In this document: piece by piece, positions 45,555 through 55,273 of the stretch
Layout: every line of letters begins with the position of its first letter
Numbering within the stretch: position 1 is the stretch's first letter
Assembly (NCBI GenBank): GCA_965204725.1
Contig: OZ242005.1
Location: 1,472,001-1,536,000, forward strand
Direction: 5' to 3'
Source: Candidatus Latescibacterota bacterium
GTDB lineage: Bacteria > Latescibacterota > UBA2968 > UBA8231
Length of the DNA: 64,000 nucleotides
The notes under the pieces: model-generated
The model's input: only the letters and a program-made list of their open reading frames with translations
What the model was told of the DNA's origin: nothing
The model's database searches: none
Position numbers and translations under genes: made by a program

Positions 45555-47260
45555 GCGTCCATCTCCGCGCCTTGCCGCCGGGCGTAGAACGCCAAGCCGC
45601 CGCCGATTGCCGCGAGGAGGGCTGCGATCCCGAAGAGGTCGAGCGCGTGGCTGCGGCTGGAGAGGGTGCGATTGCGCTTGGCCTTGGCGAGGGCCTCGCT
45701 CATGCGGGCGGACATTTCGGCGACGGCCGCTTGGCCCAGCGTGGGGTTGCCCACGGCGTCGAGGTCGGGCGTGCGGCCGAGGAAGCGATAGGTCTGGCGG
45801 GCCGTTGAATCGGCTGGCTGATACGCCGCGTTGATCAGGTTGGTGCTCAGCGCGCCCTGCAAGCGGGTGATGTCAAAGGCGGCTCCGTAGGCGGCCGCTT
45901 GCTCGGCGACCGCGTGCTCCATGGCGTCGAGCAGGGCCGAGCGGTGTTGGTCCTCATCGGGAAATTCGGGGTCGGGCTGGGAGAAATAGCGCACTGAGAA
46001 CTGCTTGCGGCTGCCGAAGGCATCGGCGTCTTTGGTCAACAAGTTGTTGAAGTCGGGGCTGGACAGGTATTCCAAAAAGTAAAAGGCCTCCCGCTCGTGC
46101 TCAGTGCCCTTGCGGATGGCCGTCACCCGCCCGCCCATCTCGGCGGCCTTGCCGCGGTGGCGGCCCGTTGCGCTGACTTCGCCCCAAGGGCCGTCGCGCC
46201 GGCTCGGATTGGCGCGTATCTCCGGGTCGCTCATCCAGCGCTCCCACTCTTCGTAGGGCACGTAGCGGGGCATGGGGTAAATCTCGGTAGTAAAGCGGGC
46301 TTCGCGGCGCACCTTGATCAGCCCCCAGCGACCGATGAGGATGGTGCCCAATTTGCCCGCCGCGTAAAGCCCCAGTATGGATTGCCCGCCCCAGCCGCCG
46401 CCGCCTGTTTGCGCGGATTGGTCTTCGGCCGAGGGGACTACGTGGAAGGTGTTGACCAGATCGTACAGATATTGCGCGGCCGCCGCGCCGCCCGGGGAAT
46501 CGAGGGCGATTGCAGTGCCATCGTCGTTGAGGAGGCGGCCGCCGGCTTGGTAGATGAGGTTGTTCAGCCCGCCGCCAAAGCCCGGCCCGCCCGAGCCAAA
46601 GGTCTCGTAGCGTCGGCCATCGGCGCTCTTTTTGGTCAGGGCCTGACACAAGAGGACGTAGTCCCACCAAGTCCAGTGGTTCCACGGCAGGGGCGGCATG
46701 GCCAAGTTTTGCGCTTGCCGCTGGCGGGCGACCGCGTCGTAGAGCGAGCGGTTGAGAAAGGTGACGCTGGTGGTGACGTTGTTGGGGACGGCAAAGATGC
46801 GAAAGCGCTCGTACTCGTCGGCGTCGGCCAGCGCACCGGCTACGGGTACGGCGAGGGCGTTGCGCCGATGCAGCCAGAAGTCGTCGAGGCTCAGCTTGGC
46901 CTCGCGCATGTAGTCGTTTAGATCGACCATGACGCCCTTAGAGGCGTAGAGCGCGAAGGTCGCATAGCTGTAGATGTCAAAGACGTCGGGGCCGGAGCCG
47001 GCCGCCGCTTGGGTGAGAATTTTTTGCACATCCGCGCTCGGGTCGAGGACGACGCGCACCTTCTTGTCTTCGTAGAGCCGATTGAAGAGGGCCATTTGTT
47101 CGGTGCGCGCTGGATTGGGATCCGAAGCCCAGCGGATGACCGTGTATTCGCCGCCGGCCGACGGATCGTCTGGATAGACGGATAAGCCCCAGCGGTTGAG
47201 GGCGTACCAACCGGCCAAGATCAAGGCGAGGACGACGAGGGTCGTAGATAAATCGCGCAA
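45551..47260 (-). CDS. ABC transporter sugar-binding protein, hydrophobic at both ends
   Basis: SBP_bac_1-like AAGSGPDVF, FLNRSLY, WTWWDY; N- and C-terminal hydrophobic helices. Confidence 0.8.
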   Translation of the reverse strand: MRDLSTTLVVLALILAGWYALNRWGLSVYPDDPSAGGEYTVIRWASDPNPARTEQMALFNRLYEDKKVRVVLDPSADVQKILTQAAAGSGPDVFDIYSYATFALYASKGVMVDLNDYMREAKLSLDDFWLHRRNALAVPVAGALADADEYERFRIFAVPNNVTTSVTFLNRSLYDAVARQRQAQNLAMPPLPWNHWTWWDYVLLCQALTKKSADGRRYETFGSGGPGFGGGLNNLIYQAGGRLLNDDGTAIALDSPGGAAAAQYLYDLVNTFHVVPSAEDQSAQTGGGGWGGQSILGLYAAGKLGTILIGRWGLIKVRREARFTTEIYPMPRYVPYEEWERWMSDPEIRANPSRRDGPWGEVSATGRHRGKAAEMGGRVTAIRKGTEHEREAFYFLEYLSSPDFNNLLTKDADAFGSRKQFSVRYFSQPDPEFPDEDQHRSALLDAMEHAVAEQAAAYGAAFDITRLQGALSTNLINAAYQPADSTARQTYRFLGRTPDLDAVGNPTLGQAAVAEMSARMSEALAKAKRNRTLSSRSHALDLFGIAALLAAIGGGLAFYARRQGAEMDA

Positions 47261-47296
47261 GGAAAGACTCGTTGAGGATGCGAGGCGAAAGGTGCA

Positions 47297-47324
47297 AGTG
47301 TAAATAAAAACGCGGGCTTGTCAA
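47297..47324 (-). promoter_or_regulatory. Sigma70 promoter for the ABC operon
   Basis: Minus strand TTGACA-16 nt-TACACT. Confidence 0.55.
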
Positions 47325-47379
47325 TGCGCTGCCAGACGGCCGGACTGAATAACTATGCCTATTAACTAAATAAAATTCC

Positions 47380-47408
47380 TTGACATGTCTGCGGATAGCC
47401 CATAAATT
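47380..47408 (+). promoter_or_regulatory. Sigma70 promoter with AT-rich UP-like tract
   Basis: TTGACA-17 nt-TAAATT, preceded by attaactaaataaaatt. Confidence 0.65.
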
Positions 47409-47547
47409 GCCGCTTTCGTTTTTCGCTGATTACCCGTTGCCAAAGGAGATTTTCCTGCAACCGCATCGCCGACAACCCCCCCGGCCAAGTCTTGGTTTTG
47501 GCCGCTTTATTCATCCAACTCATTCCATCTTATTTGGAGGTTTCACA

Positions 47548-48462
47548 ATGAAGAGACTGAGTCTTTTCGCCTTGGTCGCGGTGATGACTGCTTCGGCGGC
47601 TTTCGCGCATCAAGCCAATTATTTCATGCCGCAGATTCCCAACCCCGACAACATGGTCATTGACGGCAACGACGATGACTGGGGCTGGATTGACCCGGCT
47701 TTTGCCATCAACCCGGATACCCTGTTTGAGATACTCGGTAGCGAGTGGCCCCCGGCCAAAGACGACTGGGACTGCGTTCTCTACGTGGCTTGGAGCTCGG
47801 CACCCGACAATTCGCTCTACTACTTTGCGCGGGTTACCGATGATTCGCTGGGCCTTTTCGTCGAGAACCCACAGGAGTATTGGAAGGACGACTCCCTCGA
47901 AATCATCATTGACGCCGACCACTCGAGCGAGAACTTCAACGAGACCGAAATGACCTCCGGTCAGCAGTACGGCATCCGCGTCCTGCCCGCCGCAGGTCAG
48001 AAGGATACTTGGATCTTCAACGTGCCGCAGGAGAGCATCTTGTGGTCCACCGAGCGTCCTTGGTTCGTCTATGAGTGGACCCTCGATCCGCCGGACGCTC
48101 GTCCGCTGGAGCAGCCCGCGGGTAGCTCGGTGACCTATACGTACGAGGTCAAGCAGGCCGTGTGGTCCTTCCACGACAAAACGGGTCCCGACGGCAGTGC
48201 CCGCCACAACTTTGCCTCCGACCAGATCATCGGTCTGACCTTCCAGTTTGACGAGACTGAGAATCCCGAGGTTGGCCGCGAAAAGCAGCCGGGCACTACG
48301 CCGGTCAACGGCGCATTCCAAGACAACTCGAATGGCTCGGACTTCATCACGGTGGAGACCGAAGGTGCTACGGGCGGCACGGGCGGCACCGGCGAGGGCG
48401 GCGACGATACGTCTGTCGAGGCCGATAGCTGGGGTCGGATCAAGAGCTACATGTCCAACTAA
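47548..48462 (+). CDS. Secreted CBM9/DOMON-like protein with C-terminal 'SVEADSWGRIKS' motif
   Basis: GGAGG RBS; signal peptide MKRLSLFALVAVMTASAAFA; IDGNDDDW, WKDDSLEIIIDAD; Gly/Thr linker before the tail. Confidence 0.75.
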   Translation: MKRLSLFALVAVMTASAAFAHQANYFMPQIPNPDNMVIDGNDDDWGWIDPAFAINPDTLFEILGSEWPPAKDDWDCVLYVAWSSAPDNSLYYFARVTDDSLGLFVENPQEYWKDDSLEIIIDADHSSENFNETEMTSGQQYGIRVLPAAGQKDTWIFNVPQESILWSTERPWFVYEWTLDPPDARPLEQPAGSSVTYTYEVKQAVWSFHDKTGPDGSARHNFASDQIIGLTFQFDETENPEVGREKQPGTTPVNGAFQDNSNGSDFITVETEGATGGTGGTGEGGDDTSVEADSWGRIKSYMSN

Positions 48463-48501
48463 GCACACCCGCTAGCGTCTTTCGCTAGACACAGGTAGTA
48501 G

Positions 48502-48545
48502 ATGAAGGGAGATGAGGGCGACTTCATCTCCCTTCATTATTTATA
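48502..48545 (+). terminator. Intrinsic terminator
   Basis: 14-bp perfect stem ATGAAGGGAGATGA/TCATCTCCCTTCAT followed by TATTTAT. Confidence 0.75.
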
Positions 48546-48605
48546 CAACGTAGCCGGGTAAGTCGTGCATGCGTTCGACGAGGAAAGAGCATGAGGAGGG
48601 CATGA

Positions 48606-49349
48606 TTGATGAGCATACGCAACATCGCAACGAGTGGGCTTTTGATAGCCCTGTTGGTGCTGGCCGGGTGCCTCTCGCAGGTGGGGCTGCGGCGCTTTGC
48701 CACGTTTCCCGAGCCCGTGCCGCAACAAGACGAGGCCATGACCGTCCTCGACGATGGCGCGATCGTCTATGCCAAAGATCGCTTGGAGGTCTCGCTTCAG
48801 GTGTTGGACGATGGATTCCTCAATCGCCAGTTCGCGGCCGATTCGAGGAAGGGGGCTGAGTCAACCAATCCATACACCTATGGCAATTGGAAGCCTTGGG
48901 GCCAAAATTGGACCCCAGCGCGCTTTACCGTGGTCTTGCTCAAGGTCAAAAACTACGAGTATCCCAAAGTCTTTATCGATCCCACGGAACTGGTGATCGT
49001 TACCTCGAACAACCGAGTGTACAATGCGCTCGACAGCGGCCTACTCGAAGATCACTTCAGCCCGTATCTGCGGGCGTATGCCGGCAACCAGCGGCAGCAG
49101 TTTGAGGCGACCACCGATTTGCTCAAACGCACCGTGTATCCGCCCGACATGGTCTTTTCCGGCCAAGAGTCCACGGGGTACATCATCTTTCCGGTTTTGC
49201 ACCGCGACGTGAGCGACTTCACAGTCAGCGTCCCGGACATGGCCGTGCGCTTCGACTACAAAGGAGAAGCGGTGGAGACCCTAGACCTAGCGTTCAAATT
49301 CCAACGCGAAATTTACCACGCCCTCCATCCCCGCACGGAGACGCCGTAA
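48606..49349 (+). CDS. Hypothetical lipoprotein
   Basis: Hydrophobic signal plus LAGC lipobox; GAGGAGG upstream. Confidence 0.75.
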   Translation: MMSIRNIATSGLLIALLVLAGCLSQVGLRRFATFPEPVPQQDEAMTVLDDGAIVYAKDRLEVSLQVLDDGFLNRQFAADSRKGAESTNPYTYGNWKPWGQNWTPARFTVVLLKVKNYEYPKVFIDPTELVIVTSNNRVYNALDSGLLEDHFSPYLRAYAGNQRQQFEATTDLLKRTVYPPDMVFSGQESTGYIIFPVLHRDVSDFTVSVPDMAVRFDYKGEAVETLDLAFKFQREIYHALHPRTETP

Positions 49350-51310
49350 TGCGCCGGGGAATGGTCCGCATTGCGGCCTTGGGGTGCGCCCTGTGCATTG
49401 GGACGCCGTGGCTCGCGGCCGACGAATGGGTGCTCGGAGGCAGTGGATTTCCTTGGGGCGAGCTCGTACAGGTCCGCGCCCAAATCGACGACCAGAGCAG
49501 CCCAGGCGCGATTCAACTGCGCGGCTTTACGCCCGACGAGAACATCATCACCTCGCTCGCTTGGGCGTATGGCAAGCCCAACGACTTGGTCAGCGAGGGC
49601 AATGCGGCGCTGTGGGACAATACGGCGGCCAAGAATTCCATTTCCCTGTCCATCGTCGATGGCGACGACACCACGAGCACCGCCGACCTGTTCAAAACCG
49701 CCGGCGTCGATCAAGACGGGCGCACGTTCTTTTTAGACATGGGCTCGCGCGTACCCGCCGACAGCTTGGTATTCTTTCCGCGGCAAGAGGGGACCCATGC
49801 CAACGGCAAGCCCTTTAGCGCCGATTTTGTCCGCAAGCACCGGATTTCCGTCAGCGATGGGCTGACCTACGTGAACGAGCAGCCGCTGTTCGCCTTGCTG
49901 CGCGACATTCCGGTGAACCCCAACAGCGTGTTCACCATGAAGTTTCCCCAGCAGTTCATTCGGTTTATTCAGTTGCGAGTGGGGTCGCGGAGCCCCTTTG
50001 AGATCGCCGAATTTGAGCTGTACGGCAACGGCTTTGTGCCGCGGGCCACGTATCGCAGCCAAGTCATCGACTTGGGCGAGGTGTCCAACTACGGCACCAT
50101 ATCTTGGGTCCAGCGCACGCTAGAACTGGTCGATGGCGAGTTGGTTGAGTTGCCGGCCGAGGGGCAGACCTCGGTCTCGGTGCGGATGAAGACGGGCCAA
50201 GACGACAGCCCGCTGGTTCACTTTCAAAAGGTGGTTGACAACGAAACGCGCGCAGTGAGCCAAGTGGTGGTCTCAGAAGCGGATTACAACAAGCTGTCCT
50301 CGGGCACAAAGGGCGACATTGAGAACGACGCAGACAACTGGAGCCCTTGGTCGTTGCCGCTCGAGTCCGGGCAGTTGATCCCGTTGCCTAGCCCGCGGCC
50401 TTACTTTCAGTTGCAGATCGTCATGGAGAGCCAATCCGTGACCCAGACGGTGCGCATTGACTCGTTGCGGATTGAGCATTCGCTGCCCCCGGCCGCGGCG
50501 GTCGTCGGCGAGATCTCCTTGGCCGACGAGCCCAACCCACCGGCCGACATCGGCGTAATCGACAAAGACGATACGGTCGTGCTGCCGAGTATTGACGGGG
50601 GCGCAGAGGTGCTCTTCGCCTACGATGTGCGAGCCGTGATCAACAACAACCAAAACGGCTTTGATGCCTTGCGCATTGACACGCCGACGCCGGTGCGCTT
50701 TGTCGGCTTGCAGATGGGTGAGCCGCTTGAGCCGGTGGAGCCGGATCGCGTGAGCGCGGGCGATCGGAGCCTCGAAGTGGTGTTCACCAGCAACAAGATA
50801 ACCTTTGACAACAACGTGCCACTGCGTGTGCTCTTTGAGGGGTCGGCCGTGGTGTTCGGCACGATTTTCACTGGCACGGTCTGGGATACGCAGGCCGATA
50901 TCCTCGGCCAGCCCGTGCTCGAAGGCGACGCCAATTTCGACGTCAGCACCAACTCGCTGCGCGTGGCCCTAACCCAGAAGTCCGTGGGCGAAATCGTCCG
51001 CGCCATAGCGTTTAACCCCTCGGTTTTCACCCCCAATGGCGATGGCGTCAACGACCGCATCGCCATCCAATACACCGTAATCCAGATTTCCGAGCCCAAG
51101 CCCATTGAGGTGGCCGTGTACGACTTGGCGGGGCGGTTGGTGCGCGTCTTGGCCGACCGCGATCAGACCGGCGGGATTTACACCGAGATGTGGGATGGGC
51201 GCAACGATAGCGGCGAGGCCGTGCCCCCGGGCAGCTACGTGGTCTCGCTCGCCGTGGACAGTGGGATCGGCAACTTCAGGCGAGTCGGCGTCGTCGGCGT
51301 GGCCTATTGA
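49349..51310 (+). CDS. Secreted protein with C-terminal FTPNGDG/FlgD-Ig domain
   Basis: Signal peptide; SQVIDLG..WSPWS core; FTPNGDGVND, VYDLAGRLVR, WDGRNDSGEAVPPGSY. Confidence 0.8.
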   Translation: MRRGMVRIAALGCALCIGTPWLAADEWVLGGSGFPWGELVQVRAQIDDQSSPGAIQLRGFTPDENIITSLAWAYGKPNDLVSEGNAALWDNTAAKNSISLSIVDGDDTTSTADLFKTAGVDQDGRTFFLDMGSRVPADSLVFFPRQEGTHANGKPFSADFVRKHRISVSDGLTYVNEQPLFALLRDIPVNPNSVFTMKFPQQFIRFIQLRVGSRSPFEIAEFELYGNGFVPRATYRSQVIDLGEVSNYGTISWVQRTLELVDGELVELPAEGQTSVSVRMKTGQDDSPLVHFQKVVDNETRAVSQVVVSEADYNKLSSGTKGDIENDADNWSPWSLPLESGQLIPLPSPRPYFQLQIVMESQSVTQTVRIDSLRIEHSLPPAAAVVGEISLADEPNPPADIGVIDKDDTVVLPSIDGGAEVLFAYDVRAVINNNQNGFDALRIDTPTPVRFVGLQMGEPLEPVEPDRVSAGDRSLEVVFTSNKITFDNNVPLRVLFEGSAVVFGTIFTGTVWDTQADILGQPVLEGDANFDVSTNSLRVALTQKSVGEIVRAIAFNPSVFTPNGDGVNDRIAIQYTVIQISEPKPIEVAVYDLAGRLVRVLADRDQTGGIYTEMWDGRNDSGEAVPPGSYVVSLAVDSGIGNFRRVGVVGVAY

Positions 51311-51347
51311 TGCGGACCAGCAAAGATTCAAAAGGGAGGGTTTTAGC

Positions 51348-53984
51348 GTGAGACGGATGCTTTACTCAGCAGTTGTCGCGGCCGGCGTCGCGTTTTTGTG
51401 CGTGTGCGATGCGGCTTTTGCCCAGCGGGTCGGTTTTCTCACCGGGCGCGAACCGCGCGGCGTGGATGTCTATGAGATGGCCATGACGCCGGCGCAGCGG
51501 AAATGGCAGTATCCGCAAAGCCTGCACAAATTTTACCGCTGGACCGGCGAGGAATACAGCAACTACGCCCGCGAAAACTACGAGCGGTACGTGGGGACTG
51601 AACTGGAGGGATTTCGCACGTACGATCTGTACGGCAACTACATCACGCGCGGCTTTGAGGTGTACACCTGGGCGATTGACAGCCCGGTGACGTCCGGCAG
51701 CGAGGTGCGGAAAGGGCGCTACTACTCAGGGTGGTTTAGCGGCCTGATCGTCTCGTCCATGTCCAAAGGGCAGTTCTACTCGTCCATGACCATTGGCGAG
51801 GCCCTGCGCACCACCCTGACGCCGCTGACCTTTTCCAAGCCCACCTTCAACGGGGTGCAGTGGGACTTTGCCGCCGACAAGTACCAGATGACCTTGTTGG
51901 CGTCGCGCTTGGCCTCCCCGGGCACGGCCGTGGCCCTTGAAAACTCGCTCGGCCAAATTTTGGGCGACATGACCAATCTCTTCGGCACGCACGCCAAGGT
52001 CCAGCTCGGAGATTTCTCCAAGCTGGGCTTTACCTATCTGAACATTGCCAACTTTTCCACCGGTCGCAAATTGGGCGACAACTCGCTCAAAGGCGTGTTG
52101 ACCGAGGCCCAAAACGGCGGCAATGTCGAGACGATCGTCCTGCGGCTGTCCGACGATTCGCCCGAAGACGGCGTGGGCGGTGCCCAGCTTTTTGCCGAGC
52201 GCATCATCATCAATGGGGTCAATCACCCGGAGATCGTCCCCTCGCCGCGCGGCGGGGTGCGGCGCGCCGGCGTGATTGAGGCCAATGGGGCCGAAACGCT
52301 GGAGCTGACCTACAACATCGCCCGCGACTTCCGCCAGCAGCCCGACGACGAGATCACCACGTTTCAGGAGATCAGCGAGATCGAGTTCGAGCTGGTCATC
52401 GCCAACGACTACCGCATTGAGAGCACCTCCAACCTGCAAGTCAATGCCCAGGGCGAGCCGGTGTTTTTGGAGGTCGAGCGCGCCCACGGCAACGTCAGCG
52501 ACGGGTCCAACCAGCGCTTTATCCGCTTTGAATACGGCCTGCCCACCGGCAAGGACATCATTGGCGTCAACCTAGATGTGGACGACATCAAGGGCTTTAA
52601 TCTGCGCTCGGAAATTGCCCTCAGCCGGGCGTTTCGCCGCTTTCCCAACCAAAACTTCCAAGAACACACCCTCGCCCAAGACGATGGCTTGGCGTACTAC
52701 CTCACGGCCTCGCAGGATGCCTATCCGTTCTTTGCGTACGGAGAATTCTACCGCCTAGAGCCGGAGTACCAGACCAATGCGTTCATCACGGATGCGCGGG
52801 GGTTTATCGACTACGAACACCCCGAGCGCCACACCTTTGAGGCGGTGGACGACAACGACGACCAAGACCGCTTTCCCGACTGGAAGCGCTTGTGGCAAAA
52901 CGGCGACAACGCGTTTGGCCAAACGCCTTTTGGCACCGGCGGCCAAGCCGACCCACAAGTCTTTCCCGGGTACGACGAAAACGCGGACTTCATCTCGGAC
53001 TTCAACCAAAACGACAACAATCAGCCGGATTTCGCCGAGCCGTTTCTGCGCTACAACGTCGATCCGCCCCAGTTTCTCTTTGGCGTGGATATGAACAACA
53101 ACAACGTCATCGACCGCTTTGAGAACGACACCTTTGCCGACTATCCCTACCGACACGACCGCGACGGGTACAACGTGTACGGGGGGGCCTACCTAACCGA
53201 AGGCATTAAGATGACGGTCGGCTACTCAGCGGCCGACGAAATAAGCTCCAAGCGCCGCGCACAGATGAGCTATGCGGTGCTCACCGGTCAGTGGAAGTGG
53301 CCGGGCATTGAGGCTCAGGCGTTCCAGTACGTCCGCTCGGTGCGAGACGACATTGAAGACCATGTAATCGAATGGGTTGATCCCGATGGCTTTAGAGAAG
53401 CCTTGGACCCGCTCATCGCCCAAGACGCTTTGGTCTGGACCGGCTACCTGACGTTCGATTACCTGCGCCTCAAAAACCTGAACGTCTATAACAAGGTGAA
53501 GTACGATTGGTTTAGGCAGCGCGGCGAGCAGGCCGAGGTCAAAGACAATCGCCTCTTTTTGGGCGTGATCAACAAGGTGGATTACCCGCTGCCGATTACC
53601 GACAACCTGTCTTTCTGGCCGCGCTACAAGAGCGTCTTCCGCAAGATCAATCCGACCTTTAGCACCGACCTCGACATCACCGAGTGGTCGCAGTTTTACA
53701 TGCTGACCTCCAAGTACTTCGTCCTGCCCGGGACCTTTATCGAATACGGCGTCGAGTTCAACCTGTTCCGCAACCTCGAAGAGCGGCCAGAGATTTTGCC
53801 GCCCGGGTACGTGGATGACTTCACAGGTTCGGTGCTGGCCTTGCAGCTTTCCAACAAATCGGCGTACCTCGGCTACGCGCTGACCATGAATACGGGTTTT
53901 CGCTGGGAGCGCCGGGCCTTTGCCGAAGCGACCGAAACCAACTCGCTGCTCTTCATCCGAGTCTTCGTGGGGCTCCAAGAGTAG
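51348..53984 (+). CDS. Large secreted protein, probable outer-membrane beta-barrel with Asp-rich Ca-binding-like loops
   Basis: GTG start after GGAGG; signal peptide; alternating aromatic/hydrophobic strands; ends LFIRVFVGLQE; DDNDDQD, DENAD, DMNNNNVID. Confidence 0.6.
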   Translation: MRRMLYSAVVAAGVAFLCVCDAAFAQRVGFLTGREPRGVDVYEMAMTPAQRKWQYPQSLHKFYRWTGEEYSNYARENYERYVGTELEGFRTYDLYGNYITRGFEVYTWAIDSPVTSGSEVRKGRYYSGWFSGLIVSSMSKGQFYSSMTIGEALRTTLTPLTFSKPTFNGVQWDFAADKYQMTLLASRLASPGTAVALENSLGQILGDMTNLFGTHAKVQLGDFSKLGFTYLNIANFSTGRKLGDNSLKGVLTEAQNGGNVETIVLRLSDDSPEDGVGGAQLFAERIIINGVNHPEIVPSPRGGVRRAGVIEANGAETLELTYNIARDFRQQPDDEITTFQEISEIEFELVIANDYRIESTSNLQVNAQGEPVFLEVERAHGNVSDGSNQRFIRFEYGLPTGKDIIGVNLDVDDIKGFNLRSEIALSRAFRRFPNQNFQEHTLAQDDGLAYYLTASQDAYPFFAYGEFYRLEPEYQTNAFITDARGFIDYEHPERHTFEAVDDNDDQDRFPDWKRLWQNGDNAFGQTPFGTGGQADPQVFPGYDENADFISDFNQNDNNQPDFAEPFLRYNVDPPQFLFGVDMNNNNVIDRFENDTFADYPYRHDRDGYNVYGGAYLTEGIKMTVGYSAADEISSKRRAQMSYAVLTGQWKWPGIEAQAFQYVRSVRDDIEDHVIEWVDPDGFREALDPLIAQDALVWTGYLTFDYLRLKNLNVYNKVKYDWFRQRGEQAEVKDNRLFLGVINKVDYPLPITDNLSFWPRYKSVFRKINPTFSTDLDITEWSQFYMLTSKYFVLPGTFIEYGVEFNLFRNLEERPEILPPGYVDDFTGSVLALQLSNKSAYLGYALTMNTGFRWERRAFAEATETNSLLFIRVFVGLQE

Positions 53985-53992
53985 GGGGTATT

Positions 53993-55273
53993 TTGTGGAT
54001 CCAAAGTGCCCGGCGGACGCTAGCGGAGATGCCGGGCGCTGTACTGCCCATTGCCGTGGCTTGGGTCGGCCTCTGCGGAGCGGTCGGCTGTGACGCCCCG
54101 CAACGCCACATCCCCAAAAAGCCTGCCGCGCTCCAACCCCTCGCGTTTTATCAGCGTGCCTACGAGCAAAATCCCGCCGACCCAGAGGTGCTTTCGGCCT
54201 TGGGGTGGCTCTATCTGCAAAAGGACCGCACGCGCCGCGCCGTCGCCGTGCTGTCCGAGTGGGTCGCGGTCGCGCCCGACGATGCGGATGGGCACTACTA
54301 CCTCGGGGTCGCGCTCGCCAAAGAGCACCGCAAGAGCGAAGCGATCGCCTCCTTTAAGCGCGCGCTCGAACAGGCGCCGGCTTTTGCCGAGGTGTACTGG
54401 GCCTTGGCCCTGTTATACAACGAAAGAGGAGAGGGGTACGAACAGGCTGTTGCCGCGGCCGAAGCAGGGCTGCAACTGGCCGGTCAGAGCGGCTATGGGC
54501 ACTTTGTGTTGGGCTTTGTGCTGTGTTCGCGCGGCGACAATGAAAACGCCCAGACCGCGCTTATGAAGGCCATTGAACTCGATCCCGGCTTGGCGCACGC
54601 CCATTACTACTTGGCGCTCTTATACTTGCGGGCGCAGGACGATGAGCGCGCCATGGCCGCGATGGAGCAGACCCTTGCCGCCGACCGAGGGTACACCGCG
54701 GCCTATTACAGCTTGGGTACGCTCTATGCGCGCACCGGTCGCGTGGCCGCAGGGGAGCGCATGATCGAGCTTTTCCAGCAGTTGAGCAGCGCGACGATGG
54801 ACGAAGATCACTACCGCCGCTTGCTCTACCGCCAAGCTGTGCCGCTCGCCGCCGACAAGCGGGCGGCCACGCATTTTAACTTGGGGCTGGTGTATTGGCG
54901 CAGAAACGAGCTCGCAGCCGCCCTAGAGCAGTTTGAGGCGGCCTTGGCCCTCGATTCTACGTACGCGGAAGCCAGCCACAACATTGGGGTGATCTATTCG
55001 CTGCAAGCGCGCCACGCGGCCGCTCGGCCCTTTTTGCTGCGTGCGGTCCGCCACAAGCCCGACTACGCTTTGGCGTTTGAGAACCTAGGCAACAACAGCT
55101 TGGCCCTCGGGGAGTACGAAGAAGCGGTCGTTGCATTTCGCCGCGCCTTGGCCCTCGACGCGAGCATGGTCTCGGCACTCGACGGCTTGGGGACTGCGCT
55201 GATTCAGCAGGGACTCGTGGACCAAGGCCGGGCGGCCCGCGCCGAGGCGGCCGCCTTGAGAGCGCAGCAGTAA
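53993..55273 (+). CDS. Tetratricopeptide repeat protein (likely lipoprotein)
   Basis: Multiple HYYLG/HFNLG TPR motifs; AVGC lipobox-like; start uncertain. Confidence 0.85.
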   Translation: MWIQSARRTLAEMPGAVLPIAVAWVGLCGAVGCDAPQRHIPKKPAALQPLAFYQRAYEQNPADPEVLSALGWLYLQKDRTRRAVAVLSEWVAVAPDDADGHYYLGVALAKEHRKSEAIASFKRALEQAPAFAEVYWALALLYNERGEGYEQAVAAAEAGLQLAGQSGYGHFVLGFVLCSRGDNENAQTALMKAIELDPGLAHAHYYLALLYLRAQDDERAMAAMEQTLAADRGYTAAYYSLGTLYARTGRVAAGERMIELFQQLSSATMDEDHYRRLLYRQAVPLAADKRAATHFNLGLVYWRRNELAAALEQFEAALALDSTYAEASHNIGVIYSLQARHAAARPFLLRAVRHKPDYALAFENLGNNSLALGEYEEAVVAFRRALALDASMVSALDGLGTALIQQGLVDQGRAARAEAAALRAQQ

